Shown here: in pieces, positions 37,185 through 47,261 of the stretch
Layout of the letters: the number at the start of each line of letters is the position of its first letter
How positions within the stretch are numbered: position 1 is the first letter of the stretch
From: Escherichia coli
Lineage (GTDB): Bacteria; Pseudomonadota; Gammaproteobacteria; Enterobacterales; Enterobacteriaceae
DNA length: 64,000 nucleotides
NCBI GenBank assembly: GCA_902500205.1
Contig: GCA_902500205.1_4868.1
Strand: one strand, 5' to 3'
The notes under the pieces: model-generated
Told to the model about the DNA's origin: nothing
The model's database searches: none
What the model saw: the letters and a program-made list of their open reading frames with translations, nothing else
Made by a program: the position numbers and the translations under genes

Positions 37185-38855
37185 ATGAGCATTACTGTTG
37201 AACAAATCAAAAACGTCATCGTTAAACACCTCGATCAGGATGCGGTGCTGTCGCAGCTGAATAACGTGATGCGTAGTCGTAGCATTCCGCCAGATCAGGC
37301 GTTAAAGATTGCGACGTATGTTGCGGCATGGGCAGCATCCAAAGGGGGTAGTGAAGCACAGGTTATCGCATATGCGGTCGACGCGTATAAAGCAGCTGCC
37401 TATCAGCAGGTGCATAACGCGGGCGACGCGTATAACGACGATCGTCACACCAAACTGGTTAATGCTTGGGAACAAGTCGGTAAGATTCTTGCCGAAATTC
37501 GTTCTCAGCAGTCTGGCGGTTTGGGTGGCAGTGGTGGTTTAGGTGGTGGTAGCAACGCAGGTGGGTTACTGGGCGGTAACAGTTCTGGCGGTGTTCGTGT
37601 TACTGATGGCCTGACCATGTCTTCTGCGCCATCTGGTGGTGTTAAGATTGGTAACACAGATGCGGCACTAACCGTGATTGCTGGCGGTGAAGGTCTTAAC
37701 CTGGTCAATGATCCTATTCTGAACCCACAACCGGCGCAAGTAGCCCCAGCACAACAGCCCCGGCCTGAACCAGCACCGGTGCCTGTACAACCAATGCCGG
37801 TGTCTAATGCTACAGTTAATAACCCAGTGCTTTCCCCACTCGGCGCAACAGAAGAAACCGAGAAGGACACTATCAATGGCCCAATTAACAACATTCTGCA
37901 GGAGATTGATTTGATGGAAGACTACGCACTTCACGAGCTGAAAACCCCCGAGCTTAAAATGTCGATTCCAGCGAAGGAAGCTAACAGTCGCATTAAGCAA
38001 TCTGTTTACGCGGAAACGCGTGATTGGGCTACACCGTTGCAAGATATCTTTAACGGTAATGAAGAGGTTGTTTTCTACGACGGGGCTGACCTGATTGTGC
38101 GTGCACGGGATAGTTATCGCGCGTATCTGGTCGGTGTTAACACTGATATGTGCGAACGCATGAAGCAATTTGTTGCTAAGCACGACGCGTTGAAATCCGA
38201 TCTCGACAGCCTGGCGCTGGTAGAAGATGTTGAAACTATCATGGCTAAGGTGAAACGTACGATCGATGAACTGCGTAAGAACACGAAAGAACTGCACGAT
38301 TATGCGATTGCGAACAGCAGCGAAGCAGAAGTGGTTATCAGTGAGATTTCTCGCTTTGCTAATGCGTACCTGGCGAACATCACGTTCTTGGTACACAATG
38401 CGCTGTCGCTGGGCACTAAGCGCGGTAAAGATGTGCCGAAGTTCAAAGCCATCGATTTCGAACGCAAAATCAGCGATATTGATTTCTTCGTAAAAGATCT
38501 GTTCACTGCAACCGCTGGCGACAACGGCGTCAGTGAATATGAAGACTGGTTCCGTGACCTGTTCTTGATGGTGGCGAACTCTCTGCGCAAACTGACTATT
38601 AAGCTGAGCGATTCCGGCAAAGTAGTTAATCTGATTCAGAGCCAGTTCACTATTGTAATTCCAGGCATGTACCATTCCGTTGATAAGCATGATGTGGTTA
38701 CGGTAGCGTCTTTGGGCAATACCGCAGACCCTGTTGTATCTATCTACGAAGCTGTGCAGGAAAACGTGCCACATGCAATTGTATTGATGCAGCTGCCGCA
38801 GCACACCTATCTGCTTCTGAGCAATGGTGAGAAAACTGCACCAGTGTTGTACTAA
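37185..38855 (+). CDS. Hypothetical virion protein with Gly-rich and Pro/Gln-rich linker
   Basis: RBS CTTAAGGAGTATT; low-complexity SGGLGGSGGLGGGSNAGGLLGGNSSGG and PQPAQVAPAQQPRPEPAPVPVQPMPV. Confidence 0.55.
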   Translation: MSITVEQIKNVIVKHLDQDAVLSQLNNVMRSRSIPPDQALKIATYVAAWAASKGGSEAQVIAYAVDAYKAAAYQQVHNAGDAYNDDRHTKLVNAWEQVGKILAEIRSQQSGGLGGSGGLGGGSNAGGLLGGNSSGGVRVTDGLTMSSAPSGGVKIGNTDAALTVIAGGEGLNLVNDPILNPQPAQVAPAQQPRPEPAPVPVQPMPVSNATVNNPVLSPLGATEETEKDTINGPINNILQEIDLMEDYALHELKTPELKMSIPAKEANSRIKQSVYAETRDWATPLQDIFNGNEEVVFYDGADLIVRARDSYRAYLVGVNTDMCERMKQFVAKHDALKSDLDSLALVEDVETIMAKVKRTIDELRKNTKELHDYAIANSSEAEVVISEISRFANAYLANITFLVHNALSLGTKRGKDVPKFKAIDFERKISDIDFFVKDLFTATAGDNGVSEYEDWFRDLFLMVANSLRKLTIKLSDSGKVVNLIQSQFTIVIPGMYHSVDKHDVVTVASLGNTADPVVSIYEAVQENVPHAIVLMQLPQHTYLLLSNGEKTAPVLY

Positions 38856-38862
38856 GTAATAC

Positions 38863-38897
38863 GGAGACCTTCGGGTCTCCTATTATTATTTTTTATT
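38863..38897 (+). terminator. Rho-independent terminator
   Basis: Hairpin ggagacc-TTCG-ggtctcc plus T-rich tail. Confidence 0.75.
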
Positions 38898-38920
38898 CTA
38901 CCGTGAAATGGAGTATTAAA

Positions 38921-39187
38921 ATGTCTAGTGTTGAAGCAGTAATCTATTTTGAAAACGATGGGGTCGCAGGGTGTGGCTTCCCGAAGACAACAGGGGTTAA
39001 ATCTCTGTTGGCAAAGTATAAAGAAGAGCTTAAGAAAACGGCAGGGCAGAACCCTGGCGTGCCACTGCGTAGCGTTTTTCCTGAGATGGAGAAGGCCGCA
39101 AAAACTGATCCGGTGCTAGATATGTTCTGCGGGATGATCAAAGAGCGATTCCCTGACATTGATAAGTACCACATTACGCTGGCGTAA
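38921..39187 (+). CDS. Hypothetical protein
   Basis: GGAGTATT RBS before ATG 38921. Confidence 0.5.
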   Translation: MSSVEAVIYFENDGVAGCGFPKTTGVKSLLAKYKEELKKTAGQNPGVPLRSVFPEMEKAAKTDPVLDMFCGMIKERFPDIDKYHITLA

Positions 39188-39221
39188 TTATTATAGAGTA
39201 GCTCTATAATGAGGTTCGAGC

Positions 39222-39524
39222 ATGGTAAAGTTCATTGTTGTCAACATGGATTTTGAGCGTAGTGTGCGTTTTCGCTTTGAGTTACCTGAAAACAAAGCGA
39301 CTGAAGCTTTCTTAGCCGACTTCCACAAAGCCAAAACAGCGATCAGTCATGGACGTCGCTGGCAAATCTTCTATAACGCCCGTAAAGGCCTCCTGAAGGC
39401 GTTAAAAGCAGCAAAGGATACAAAGGTATTGGAAAAGCTAGAACCTTTCCAGAACGACCCTCTGGCGATTGGTATCATGCTCGACGAACTGGTTAATAAA
39501 CCCAAAGCTGCTACAGAAGATTAA
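39222..39524 (+). CDS. Hypothetical protein
   Basis: GAGG RBS; 100 aa. Confidence 0.5.
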   Translation: MVKFIVVNMDFERSVRFRFELPENKATEAFLADFHKAKTAISHGRRWQIFYNARKGLLKALKAAKDTKVLEKLEPFQNDPLAIGIMLDELVNKPKAATED

Positions 39525-39535
39525 AAAAGAAAAGG

Positions 39536-39584
39536 TACCTCTCCCCGAAGGGAGAGGTAAACCTTATTTCTTTTTCTTTTTTGT
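39536..39584. terminator. Bidirectional rho-independent terminator between convergent genes
   Basis: Hairpin tacctctccc-cgaa-gggagaggta with A-run upstream and T-run downstream. Confidence 0.75.
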
Positions 39585-42329
39585 TTAGAGGACGTTGTCT
39601 GGGTTGTCGTCGGTAGTTCCTTCACCGCCTTCTGTGCCTTCCGTTCCCTCGGTAGTTGTTTCCGTGGTTTCGGTCGACTCAGTAGTTTCCTCTGTACTAT
39701 CACCACCGGTGCCGTTATCCGTATCGAGATCGAGGTCTAAATCATCGTCACCCCCACCGCCGAGATCCCCATCACCACCGCCGGTGTCACCGCTCGCATC
39801 AAAACCACCACCGAATCCGCCGGAAGCATCGTTAGGATCAAGGTCGGCATTCTTCGCTAACGTTTCCAGTCGCCCGGTGAAACGTTTCGCCAATTGAATC
39901 AGCGTTTTCGAAGCAGCCATCGCTTCATCAGTCATCATGGTGATGTTGTCCTGACGAGAATCATCGTCGTAAACCAGATCGAAGAAGTCGGTTTCAATAC
40001 CTTGTTTACGCAGCCAGTTGCGCGTATAGAAGGATTTGATCATCGTCTTCAGATCGTTCGGGTCCATCGAGATGCCTTCTTGCTGGAGTTGCGCAGCAAT
40101 GTCATCCGTTACAACCAGATCAGCCAGCTTCTCAAAGAACTCCGTACGTTTATCGAACAGCTCCATCTGCGAAGCTGCTGCAGAGGTGTCTGGCGGTGGT
40201 AAGGTTACTTTCATACCGTTGATAAACGCAGCCAGATACTCAGAGACCTTTTTCGTAATCTGGTCAGTAGTCATCCCATTGCCGTTAGCATTGATGTACT
40301 CTGCAATGATTTTAATCATCGCTGATTGCAACGACGGAGAGGCCAACATCCCATTAACTACGTAACGTGTCAGTGGCTTAGAGAGAATCTCTTGCTTCTT
40401 AACAACCTGCTGGGTGACCAGTAACGATTTAGAGAAGATCTGTGAAGCAAACTCGATGTTCTCGGGGGTCATTACCAGGTCAGGGTCAACACCTGCGATG
40501 TGACAAGTACGTCGTAACAGACCTTCGTCGAAATCCTTATCCGGGTATTTATAATCCGGCGTAGTGTCCGACACAGACACTTTGGTACTACCGTAGTAGT
40601 CGTTACCAATAACGTTAAACGCAATACCTGCGTTTGTCGTCATTGCCCAGGTGTCGTTCATGTCCCCCCACATCGGTTGACGACGGTTATAGGAGTTCAT
40701 GATGTCTGTTTTCAGCTGGTCAATTGTTTTCTGACCGTTCATGTCATCTGGTGCCAACTCAATGTCGTACTGCATGTGACGTGCAGAGTTCAACACCGCA
40801 GAGTTCATGGTAGCGAACAACAGCGCCATACGGACAGTAGAGATAACGAACGAGCGTTCGGTAATAGATACACCGATACCATCTTCATCAAAGTCCGTGG
40901 CAAAATAGCAAAGGTTTTCCGCAGGAATATAGATAACCTGCGTATGACGTTTTGCCAGATGGCGCGCCAGCATGATACGGCTGAACGTTTCGGTTACTGT
41001 CATGCTAATCTCAGCACCACCCAACGCCTCACCCAGAGCTTTGGTTAGCTGGTCTTCAGCAATTTCACCATAACGCGCTGTTAAGCGGTTAGCAATGTCT
41101 GGTGTGATTCGGGTTGTGTTGCCCATCCCCAGATTCGCACGGTTGATTGTTGAATCCACCATACCGTCGTTGTTCAGGTAGTTCATGAAGTTCGCATCAC
41201 CGTAAAGTGTGGAGCGCGAGTTAATGAAGTTACCCATTTCGTCAACGATGGCCAGATAACCTATGGGGTTACGAACATCGTCGCCGATAACGAGCGGGAG
41301 TGTGGACTCTGCTGGCAGTAATCGTTCCGTGTATTCGATTTTGTTGGCATCGGAGAAACTCATCTTCGGTACTTCGCCGTAAAGCTTTTGCTCAGGCGTT
41401 TTCTGGTACGCTTCGTTGAGGTCGCCGATGTTGATTAAACCGAGTTTTGCCTTCTCTTGTTCACTGTCTGTGAACTGGTCAGCGTTATACTCTGACGCAC
41501 CTGTCGGCGTAGAAGGTTGTTCATATGCGTACTGCTCTAACTGACCGAACAGGCCGGTGCGAGCATTCTCCTGTGCTACACGGCGATAAGCCTCTGGTAG
41601 CAGGGTAATACGCGGGTTGTCGGTGATAACGATATCCAGGGAAGCTAACATACCGTCTGCTTTAAACGGACTGTTAGGGGCTGCTGCAAAGTTAAGTTTA
41701 ATGGTTTGTGGCTTGGTGGGCTTGTCAGCGCCACGTGCACGACCCAGAATACTTTCTACACCAACCTTCGGTTTGTTTTCACCGCCAATCTTGCCCAGGA
41801 TACCCAACTGACGTTCAAAGAAGTCAGATTGGCTACGGCGCAACGATTCGGTTGCAACAGACGGCTTTAAGCCGAAGAGTTCATCGAATCCGGTATCTGA
41901 AATCAGCAACACCGGGCTCGCGCCTTTGGATTTCAGTGCATCGTAAATCCACTGATACAGTTTGTTGGGTAACTGGCGCGTGTGGTCATGGAATTCACGC
42001 ACAGGTTCCAACAACTGTTGACGCAGGTCGATCGGGATATCAGCCACGTTGTCGTAAATCAGCGTGGTGTTAATCAAATCTTTTGTGGACAGGAGTGAGG
42101 AGGTCGCGATGGTAACAATGACCTCTAACTCAGGGAGCGCATCAAAGATACGTTCGGCATTTTTAACGGTGCGAATGCGGCTACTCGCAATGCCTGTGAG
42201 TTCTGTACGGGTTGGTGTAACGCCGCCATCTTCACGCTTACCGCGTTGCTGCTGAGCCGACGGGCTCGTGGACTTACGCAGTATGGCAGCTACCGCGGGG
42301 TCGCCCGTTAATTTACTAATATCTTCCAT
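39585..42329 (-). CDS. Large virion protein with acidic Gly/Asp/Thr/Glu-rich C-terminal tail; portal candidate
   Basis: 914 aa; C-terminus GGFGGGFDASGDTGGGDGDLGGGGDDDLDLDLDTDNGTGGDSTEETTESTETTETTTEGTEGTEGGEGTTDD. Confidence 0.35.
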   Translation of the reverse strand: MEDISKLTGDPAVAAILRKSTSPSAQQQRGKREDGGVTPTRTELTGIASSRIRTVKNAERIFDALPELEVIVTIATSSLLSTKDLINTTLIYDNVADIPIDLRQQLLEPVREFHDHTRQLPNKLYQWIYDALKSKGASPVLLISDTGFDELFGLKPSVATESLRRSQSDFFERQLGILGKIGGENKPKVGVESILGRARGADKPTKPQTIKLNFAAAPNSPFKADGMLASLDIVITDNPRITLLPEAYRRVAQENARTGLFGQLEQYAYEQPSTPTGASEYNADQFTDSEQEKAKLGLINIGDLNEAYQKTPEQKLYGEVPKMSFSDANKIEYTERLLPAESTLPLVIGDDVRNPIGYLAIVDEMGNFINSRSTLYGDANFMNYLNNDGMVDSTINRANLGMGNTTRITPDIANRLTARYGEIAEDQLTKALGEALGGAEISMTVTETFSRIMLARHLAKRHTQVIYIPAENLCYFATDFDEDGIGVSITERSFVISTVRMALLFATMNSAVLNSARHMQYDIELAPDDMNGQKTIDQLKTDIMNSYNRRQPMWGDMNDTWAMTTNAGIAFNVIGNDYYGSTKVSVSDTTPDYKYPDKDFDEGLLRRTCHIAGVDPDLVMTPENIEFASQIFSKSLLVTQQVVKKQEILSKPLTRYVVNGMLASPSLQSAMIKIIAEYINANGNGMTTDQITKKVSEYLAAFINGMKVTLPPPDTSAAASQMELFDKRTEFFEKLADLVVTDDIAAQLQQEGISMDPNDLKTMIKSFYTRNWLRKQGIETDFFDLVYDDDSRQDNITMMTDEAMAASKTLIQLAKRFTGRLETLAKNADLDPNDASGGFGGGFDASGDTGGGDGDLGGGGDDDLDLDLDTDNGTGGDSTEETTESTETTETTTEGTEGTEGGEGTTDDNPDNVL

Positions 42330-42340
42330 TGGGGTCTCCG

Positions 42341-44524
42341 ATGCAGAGATTTAACATTTTTCGTGACCAGGCTATCCAGTTAGCGAAATCCCTGATTGTC
42401 AAATCAGAGAGCATCGCACAACAGATGAACCTGGCAATAACCAAAAACGGCGGTTTCGTTTCCGAGAACCGTGAGACGTGGCGGTATTACCTACACTTAG
42501 CAGGTAAACGACATGCAATCGACAAGCCGATATACATTACGTCACTCGACACGCAAGAGCAGATAGAGTTAACGACGCAGAACCTCTCCCGTCATAAAAA
42601 GACCTCAAACGTATATCGTTCTAACCCGGAGTATATCGACGACTTAATCGCCGAGTATCCGGACTACGCAGTATATATTCGAGGCACTTTCAATCCGATT
42701 GATATTGCATATGCGATACGTGTCGATGACTGCTCAATTTTGTATTACGATCCTGCTTTAGTTGAACCGCAGGAGACGTCGTTAATTACACATATTGAGA
42801 ACTTTATTCGTGCAGCACATGTGCGTTTCATGGCCGATGGCTGGAAAGTTCACAACGACTGTTTCGTACTGGCCTTTTACATGCAACAGTACCCGGTGTG
42901 GCCGGGGCTTATCATGTACATCCGCAAACGGTTACAGTTTACGACCGAAACGCACTCCTACTACGTGACCGAGTTCTTGGCTTCGCACCAAGAACTGCAC
43001 GAGTTCATGCCGTACCTGACCCTCAAGCAGAAATTCACACTGTATCGCAACATCCGTTACTGGGAACGTAACTCTGGTAAGGAAGAAATCTTTACCTGGA
43101 TGATTGACACCCTGCTGACGGGTTGGGGTATGCCTGCTGTTGGATATAAGGTCGCCCAGCAGATTCACGACCCGACGACGGGCAGTGATGATGACCTGAC
43201 ACCTCTCCCGATCGGCTACCAGTCATCGCTTAACTATACTGAACGTGACTCGGGTCGTGACCTGGACATTGTTAGCACAACTGACATCATCCAGAAAGAA
43301 ATCAATCTGGCGTACAATAACCCAGTGCACGAACCTGACTATCAGGAAGACCTCGATCGGCGTTTGAGCTTGACGCAGTATCCGAACCTGCCAACGAAGT
43401 TAGTTGAGGTAACGGCGATTGACCCAGAGGCCATCGAACGTTGGGAATTTATGCATGGCTTGTTCAACGAGTGGATGCATATCGTGGCACGCGGACAGTA
43501 CAACATTTACCACGAAATTCTTAACCCAACGAACGGGGATACGCTAAAGCTCACTTCAAAAGAGCTGCTGGCACTGTTCTTGTATGCGAGCTTCAAAGGT
43601 TATTCGGGTGTAGCACTGGATAAAATCCCGGTGTGGAACGTGTTTGGTGTGCTAATCAAACGCTGGGTTGGTTTTGATGAGATGGAGCAGTATCTGCCAA
43701 GCTCATGGCCCGGCCGTTTTAATGCGTTGATTAACTATTACACGGACACGCATCATGAAGTTATCGGCAATTTGATGTCTGCAGATGAGCTGTACGATGA
43801 AATCAGCGAAATCATGGTGCAGAAGCGTCGTCGTTACCGTTACTCGTATAATCGACACAAGCTAGCCGACCGTGCTGCCGGCACAATGCTGTTTACCTAT
43901 CATTACCGTGACTATAAGTGCGATCTTGACCTACCTTACCGCGATTACGACGAGTTCTTCAAAACGTTTGGTTTTGATTACAAGTTAGTCTCCGCGGAAA
44001 CCTGGCAGGATATCGCCACCGACGCTTTAAACGTGGCCACTAATCTGGAAACACGTGCGTCTGTCTCACAAGCTGAAATACAACGCGCGATGGTGCGGTT
44101 AATGACGAAACTCTCGTCGTATACTGTCCATTTTGCCGCACGTATGGGTTCTGACACCTACGATGTCACCGACCCAGTCATCCCGATTCTGGATGATATT
44201 CTCGCAGAGGCTGCCGATACAACAAATATCATTTACCCTCTGACAGACGTGCAGCGTGTGAGCCGTAGTTCATTCATGACGACGGATAAGCCCATCCCTG
44301 TCGCTCCCGTGATAAAGGAAATGGCAATCCCGCAACGTATTAAGTTGCGGATGAATGTCTACCCTGGTATCCGCGTGAAGGTCGAGCAGGATGTTGTGAT
44401 CGATATGGTACAGCCGCCTATTGATGTTATCCGTGTGCGGACGTCATTTGAGGAGTGGACGCTTGCCGAGCGCGTGGCCGACCGTGACATGGATGGCTTC
44501 CGGCTAGACCAATTACCAAAGTGA
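42341..44524 (+). CDS. Hypothetical protein
   Basis: Track ORF (TTG 42329) trimmed to ATG 42341; only 11 bp separate it from divergent minus-strand start. Confidence 0.55.
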   Translation: MQRFNIFRDQAIQLAKSLIVKSESIAQQMNLAITKNGGFVSENRETWRYYLHLAGKRHAIDKPIYITSLDTQEQIELTTQNLSRHKKTSNVYRSNPEYIDDLIAEYPDYAVYIRGTFNPIDIAYAIRVDDCSILYYDPALVEPQETSLITHIENFIRAAHVRFMADGWKVHNDCFVLAFYMQQYPVWPGLIMYIRKRLQFTTETHSYYVTEFLASHQELHEFMPYLTLKQKFTLYRNIRYWERNSGKEEIFTWMIDTLLTGWGMPAVGYKVAQQIHDPTTGSDDDLTPLPIGYQSSLNYTERDSGRDLDIVSTTDIIQKEINLAYNNPVHEPDYQEDLDRRLSLTQYPNLPTKLVEVTAIDPEAIERWEFMHGLFNEWMHIVARGQYNIYHEILNPTNGDTLKLTSKELLALFLYASFKGYSGVALDKIPVWNVFGVLIKRWVGFDEMEQYLPSSWPGRFNALINYYTDTHHEVIGNLMSADELYDEISEIMVQKRRRYRYSYNRHKLADRAAGTMLFTYHYRDYKCDLDLPYRDYDEFFKTFGFDYKLVSAETWQDIATDALNVATNLETRASVSQAEIQRAMVRLMTKLSSYTVHFAARMGSDTYDVTDPVIPILDDILAEAADTTNIIYPLTDVQRVSRSSFMTTDKPIPVAPVIKEMAIPQRIKLRMNVYPGIRVKVEQDVVIDMVQPPIDVIRVRTSFEEWTLAERVADRDMDGFRLDQLPK

Positions 44525-44531
44525 GAGACTT

Positions 44532-45059
44532 ATGGGATACCGTATAGATTTATCAAAAACCCCGAAACAGATTCTGGTTGAGAGAATCAATTACGTTTTT
44601 AAGTTATCGTATAGTGAAAATAACTACGAGTTTAACCCACGTGGGGTGTGGCCGTTAACCCAAGCAGAGCGACGCGCTAAAGGTGTGGAGTCTAAAGTTG
44701 CGGCGCGCTTTGTAAATGGGGTACACGGCACTCAAGAGTTTTACCTGACTCGTGCGGACTTAAACAAGTTACTTAAAGACGTAACGGTTGAAGTTCCGAA
44801 GGGTGCGGCAGAATGGAGCCATGAATTAGTTCCGTATACTGTCGATGAGCTGGGTCTCCAGCTTGACACCTACGATATCATGGTTGAACCGATTACCCCG
44901 GAAATGGAATCGTATGAGGCGCGCTTAATCCCGCACCATCTATCTTTCAAAGGCACGATTGCGATTACTTTTGTTGACCCAACTCCCCGTAAGCTGGCGC
45001 AGCTGGTAACTAAACGGGCACTCGACGGGTTTCGCCCAGGAGAATTTTTAAATGGCTAA
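44532..45059 (+). CDS. Hypothetical protein
   Basis: 175-aa ORF. Confidence 0.5.
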   Translation: MGYRIDLSKTPKQILVERINYVFKLSYSENNYEFNPRGVWPLTQAERRAKGVESKVAARFVNGVHGTQEFYLTRADLNKLLKDVTVEVPKGAAEWSHELVPYTVDELGLQLDTYDIMVEPITPEMESYEARLIPHHLSFKGTIAITFVDPTPRKLAQLVTKRALDGFRPGEFLNG

Positions 45060-45939
45060 CACCAAAGTTTACGATGGTAAACTGTCAACAGTGACTCTTA
45101 ACGCGATGCGACTTACGACCGCGTTATTGACAGGTGCTGACGTGCAGTACCCACAGAAATCCACGATGAACGAGTTTTATAAACTCATGACCTCGAAAGT
45201 TCCCGATGGCGCTACACGTCCGCATTTAGGATACATGTGCGTGGGTAACCGTGGTCACATCGTTGATCAGTCTGATGTTGTGGCAGACGTTGTTCCTGTC
45301 GCGAAATCCCCGATTACGTCAGGGATGTTCTCGCGCGTTCCATTGGTACTGCGTACGTTGGATAATGACTTGTCTGATGAGCAACGTAAACAGTACGCTT
45401 TCCGTACTCGTGAAACTATCGGCGCGCGGGATTACTGGGCGTATTATCTGAAACGTATCGACATGCGCGCAGTGAAGACCACTGACCTGGATATCACTCG
45501 CGAAAACGGTGTTGAAACCGTCAAAGATTTCGTCTATACCGATGCGGAACTGAACCCGGTACCGAAAGAACTCCCAGACTACGATTACGACGATGACGGC
45601 ACTGTAGAGATCCCCGACGGTCGTTATGTTGAATCGGGCGCAGACCTGGTGATTCCATGGACTGAGTTTGATGTTCAGGAATACATGAACGTGACGGCGA
45701 TTCTACGTGGTACGCCACGCAGTTCGATTATCTCTGAAATTGCGCTGTGCTCTGGCGTTGATACCCCTGAAACGGGTGAGTCGGCTACCGGTTCACAGTT
45801 CAGCTACGACGAAGCTATCGGTGTGCAGGCGTTGTACTACATCTCCCTGTTCACTAACCTGGCACAGACCAACGATCGTCTGTCACTGACCATCCGTATC
45901 GGCCAGCCGGCACCGTGGTTCTTAGGGACAGCTAACTGA
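45052..45939 (+). CDS. Hypothetical protein
   Basis: 295-aa ORF, overlaps neighbours. Confidence 0.5.
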   Translation: MANTKVYDGKLSTVTLNAMRLTTALLTGADVQYPQKSTMNEFYKLMTSKVPDGATRPHLGYMCVGNRGHIVDQSDVVADVVPVAKSPITSGMFSRVPLVLRTLDNDLSDEQRKQYAFRTRETIGARDYWAYYLKRIDMRAVKTTDLDITRENGVETVKDFVYTDAELNPVPKELPDYDYDDDGTVEIPDGRYVESGADLVIPWTEFDVQEYMNVTAILRGTPRSSIISEIALCSGVDTPETGESATGSQFSYDEAIGVQALYYISLFTNLAQTNDRLSLTIRIGQPAPWFLGTAN

Positions 45940-46589
45940 TGCTGATTCCTGAGCCGAGGTTACCCGACAGTATGGTGAGGATTGCGGCTGTTGACCCCGG
46001 TACTGCCCATCTTGGGATGGCGGTTATCGACTGGGAATTTGGCCAACCTCAAGGTGAAGTTGTCTGGGCGGGAACGGCTCATGTTGCGGACCCTACGCAC
46101 AATGGCTCTTTTGGTGAGTGCGTAGGGAAACGCGATGCGCGTTTGGTAGAATTAGAAGAACGCTTTCGTGAGTTTTTAAAACTGGCAAGGCCGACTTTTG
46201 TCGCTACCGAAACTCCATTCATGCGAAGAGCTAAGCTCTCAGCGTACGAATCTGGGGTGGAATTGCAACTGATGTTGCGGCGAACGCTTTGGGACGTGTT
46301 TCCCGAAAAATATCTCCATGGGTTTAATCCTATTATTGTGAAGTCGTACGTTGGTGTGGAAGCAAAGGGTACAGATAAATCGCATATGCAGCAAGCGGTT
46401 ACCAAGCTCTACGCTAACCATACCCGGTGCGACTTATCGGTATTGGATGAACACAGTATCGATGCCGTGGCGGTGGGTAATATCTTCGTCAGGGTCAACT
46501 TATTAAACCTAAATAGTCTCCTTCCGCCCAAGGTTAAAGTTCCTAAAGCTAAGGCCGGTAAGCGGAAAGGAAGACGCCGGAGGAAATAG
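45939..46589 (+). CDS. RuvC-like Holliday junction resolvase with basic C-terminal tail
   Basis: IAAVDPGTAHLGMAV (N-terminal Asp), VATETPFM (Glu), HSIDAVAVG (Asp); tail KAKAGKRKGRRRRK. Confidence 0.45.
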   Translation: MLIPEPRLPDSMVRIAAVDPGTAHLGMAVIDWEFGQPQGEVVWAGTAHVADPTHNGSFGECVGKRDARLVELEERFREFLKLARPTFVATETPFMRRAKLSAYESGVELQLMLRRTLWDVFPEKYLHGFNPIIVKSYVGVEAKGTDKSHMQQAVTKLYANHTRCDLSVLDEHSIDAVAVGNIFVRVNLLNLNSLLPPKVKVPKAKAGKRKGRRRRK

Positions 46590-46591
46590 CG

Positions 46592-47164
46592 ATGTCGCAG
46601 TCTTTGCAAGAAGCCTCGACGGATGTGTTGGATGTTCTTATCCAGGCGGGCACCAATAAATTAAGCCTGGAGGAGAGTAAACGACTAAAAACAGCCGCCC
46701 AGACCGCTTTGGGAAGTGATGTTGAAATTGATGTCACTAAACCTGCTAACGTGATTCTTACTTCTTTACGCCCCCTCATCCTTGAGCAGGTGGGGAACAT
46801 GGCGAAAACGTTTGAATCGCAAGCAAAAGCCGCAGTAGAAAGCATGGATGAAAAGCTCGCCAAAGAAACGTTATTGACCCTGTGGCCAAATTTGAAAGGT
46901 CCGCAGAAAGTCCTTATCGTTTTGTTGGTGCTGACCACTGTGGTGATTACTGGCGCGATGGCCTGGGACACACACCTGCATTATCCACAAGAGTTAACGG
47001 ATGTGCTGATTGTGGCGCTCTTACCTTTGTTTGCTCAGGCCGTGTTCTTTACATGGCCGATCAAGACGCTTGCTTACAATTCGATGGCCATTGGCGCCAA
47101 AGTCGTTGAATACAAGCTGAATAAGAGCAACGCGAAGCAACAGACTACCGCACCTAAAGAGTAA
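46592..47164 (+). CDS. Membrane protein (two predicted TM helices)
   Basis: GGAGG RBS; VLIVLLVLTTVVITGAMAW and LIVALLPLFAQAVFFTWPI. Confidence 0.5.
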   Translation: MSQSLQEASTDVLDVLIQAGTNKLSLEESKRLKTAAQTALGSDVEIDVTKPANVILTSLRPLILEQVGNMAKTFESQAKAAVESMDEKLAKETLLTLWPNLKGPQKVLIVLLVLTTVVITGAMAWDTHLHYPQELTDVLIVALLPLFAQAVFFTWPIKTLAYNSMAIGAKVVEYKLNKSNAKQQTTAPKE

Positions 47165-47170
47165 TTAAGC

Positions 47171-47212
47171 CCTCTTCTCCTCCTGGAGAAGAGGCTTCTT
47201 ATTTTTTTTATT
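47171..47212 (+). terminator. Rho-independent terminator
   Basis: Hairpin cctcttctcc-tcct-ggagaagagg plus T-run. Confidence 0.75.
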
Positions 47213-47238
47213 ACGTCTACGTAAATTACTGTGTAAGC
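47211..47238 (+). promoter_or_regulatory. Weak copy of class 3 element (TTACG-N14-TGTG)
   Basis: ttacgtctacgtaaattactgtgtaagc directly after terminator T-run. Confidence 0.3.
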
Positions 47239-47261
47239 ACGACCCAAAAGGAATATAAAAA

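Noticed and set aside
39205-39210. TATAAT hexamer upstream of gene 39222
   Set aside because: Only 11 nt from the start codon and overlapping the RBS, with no -35; not a plausible host promoter.
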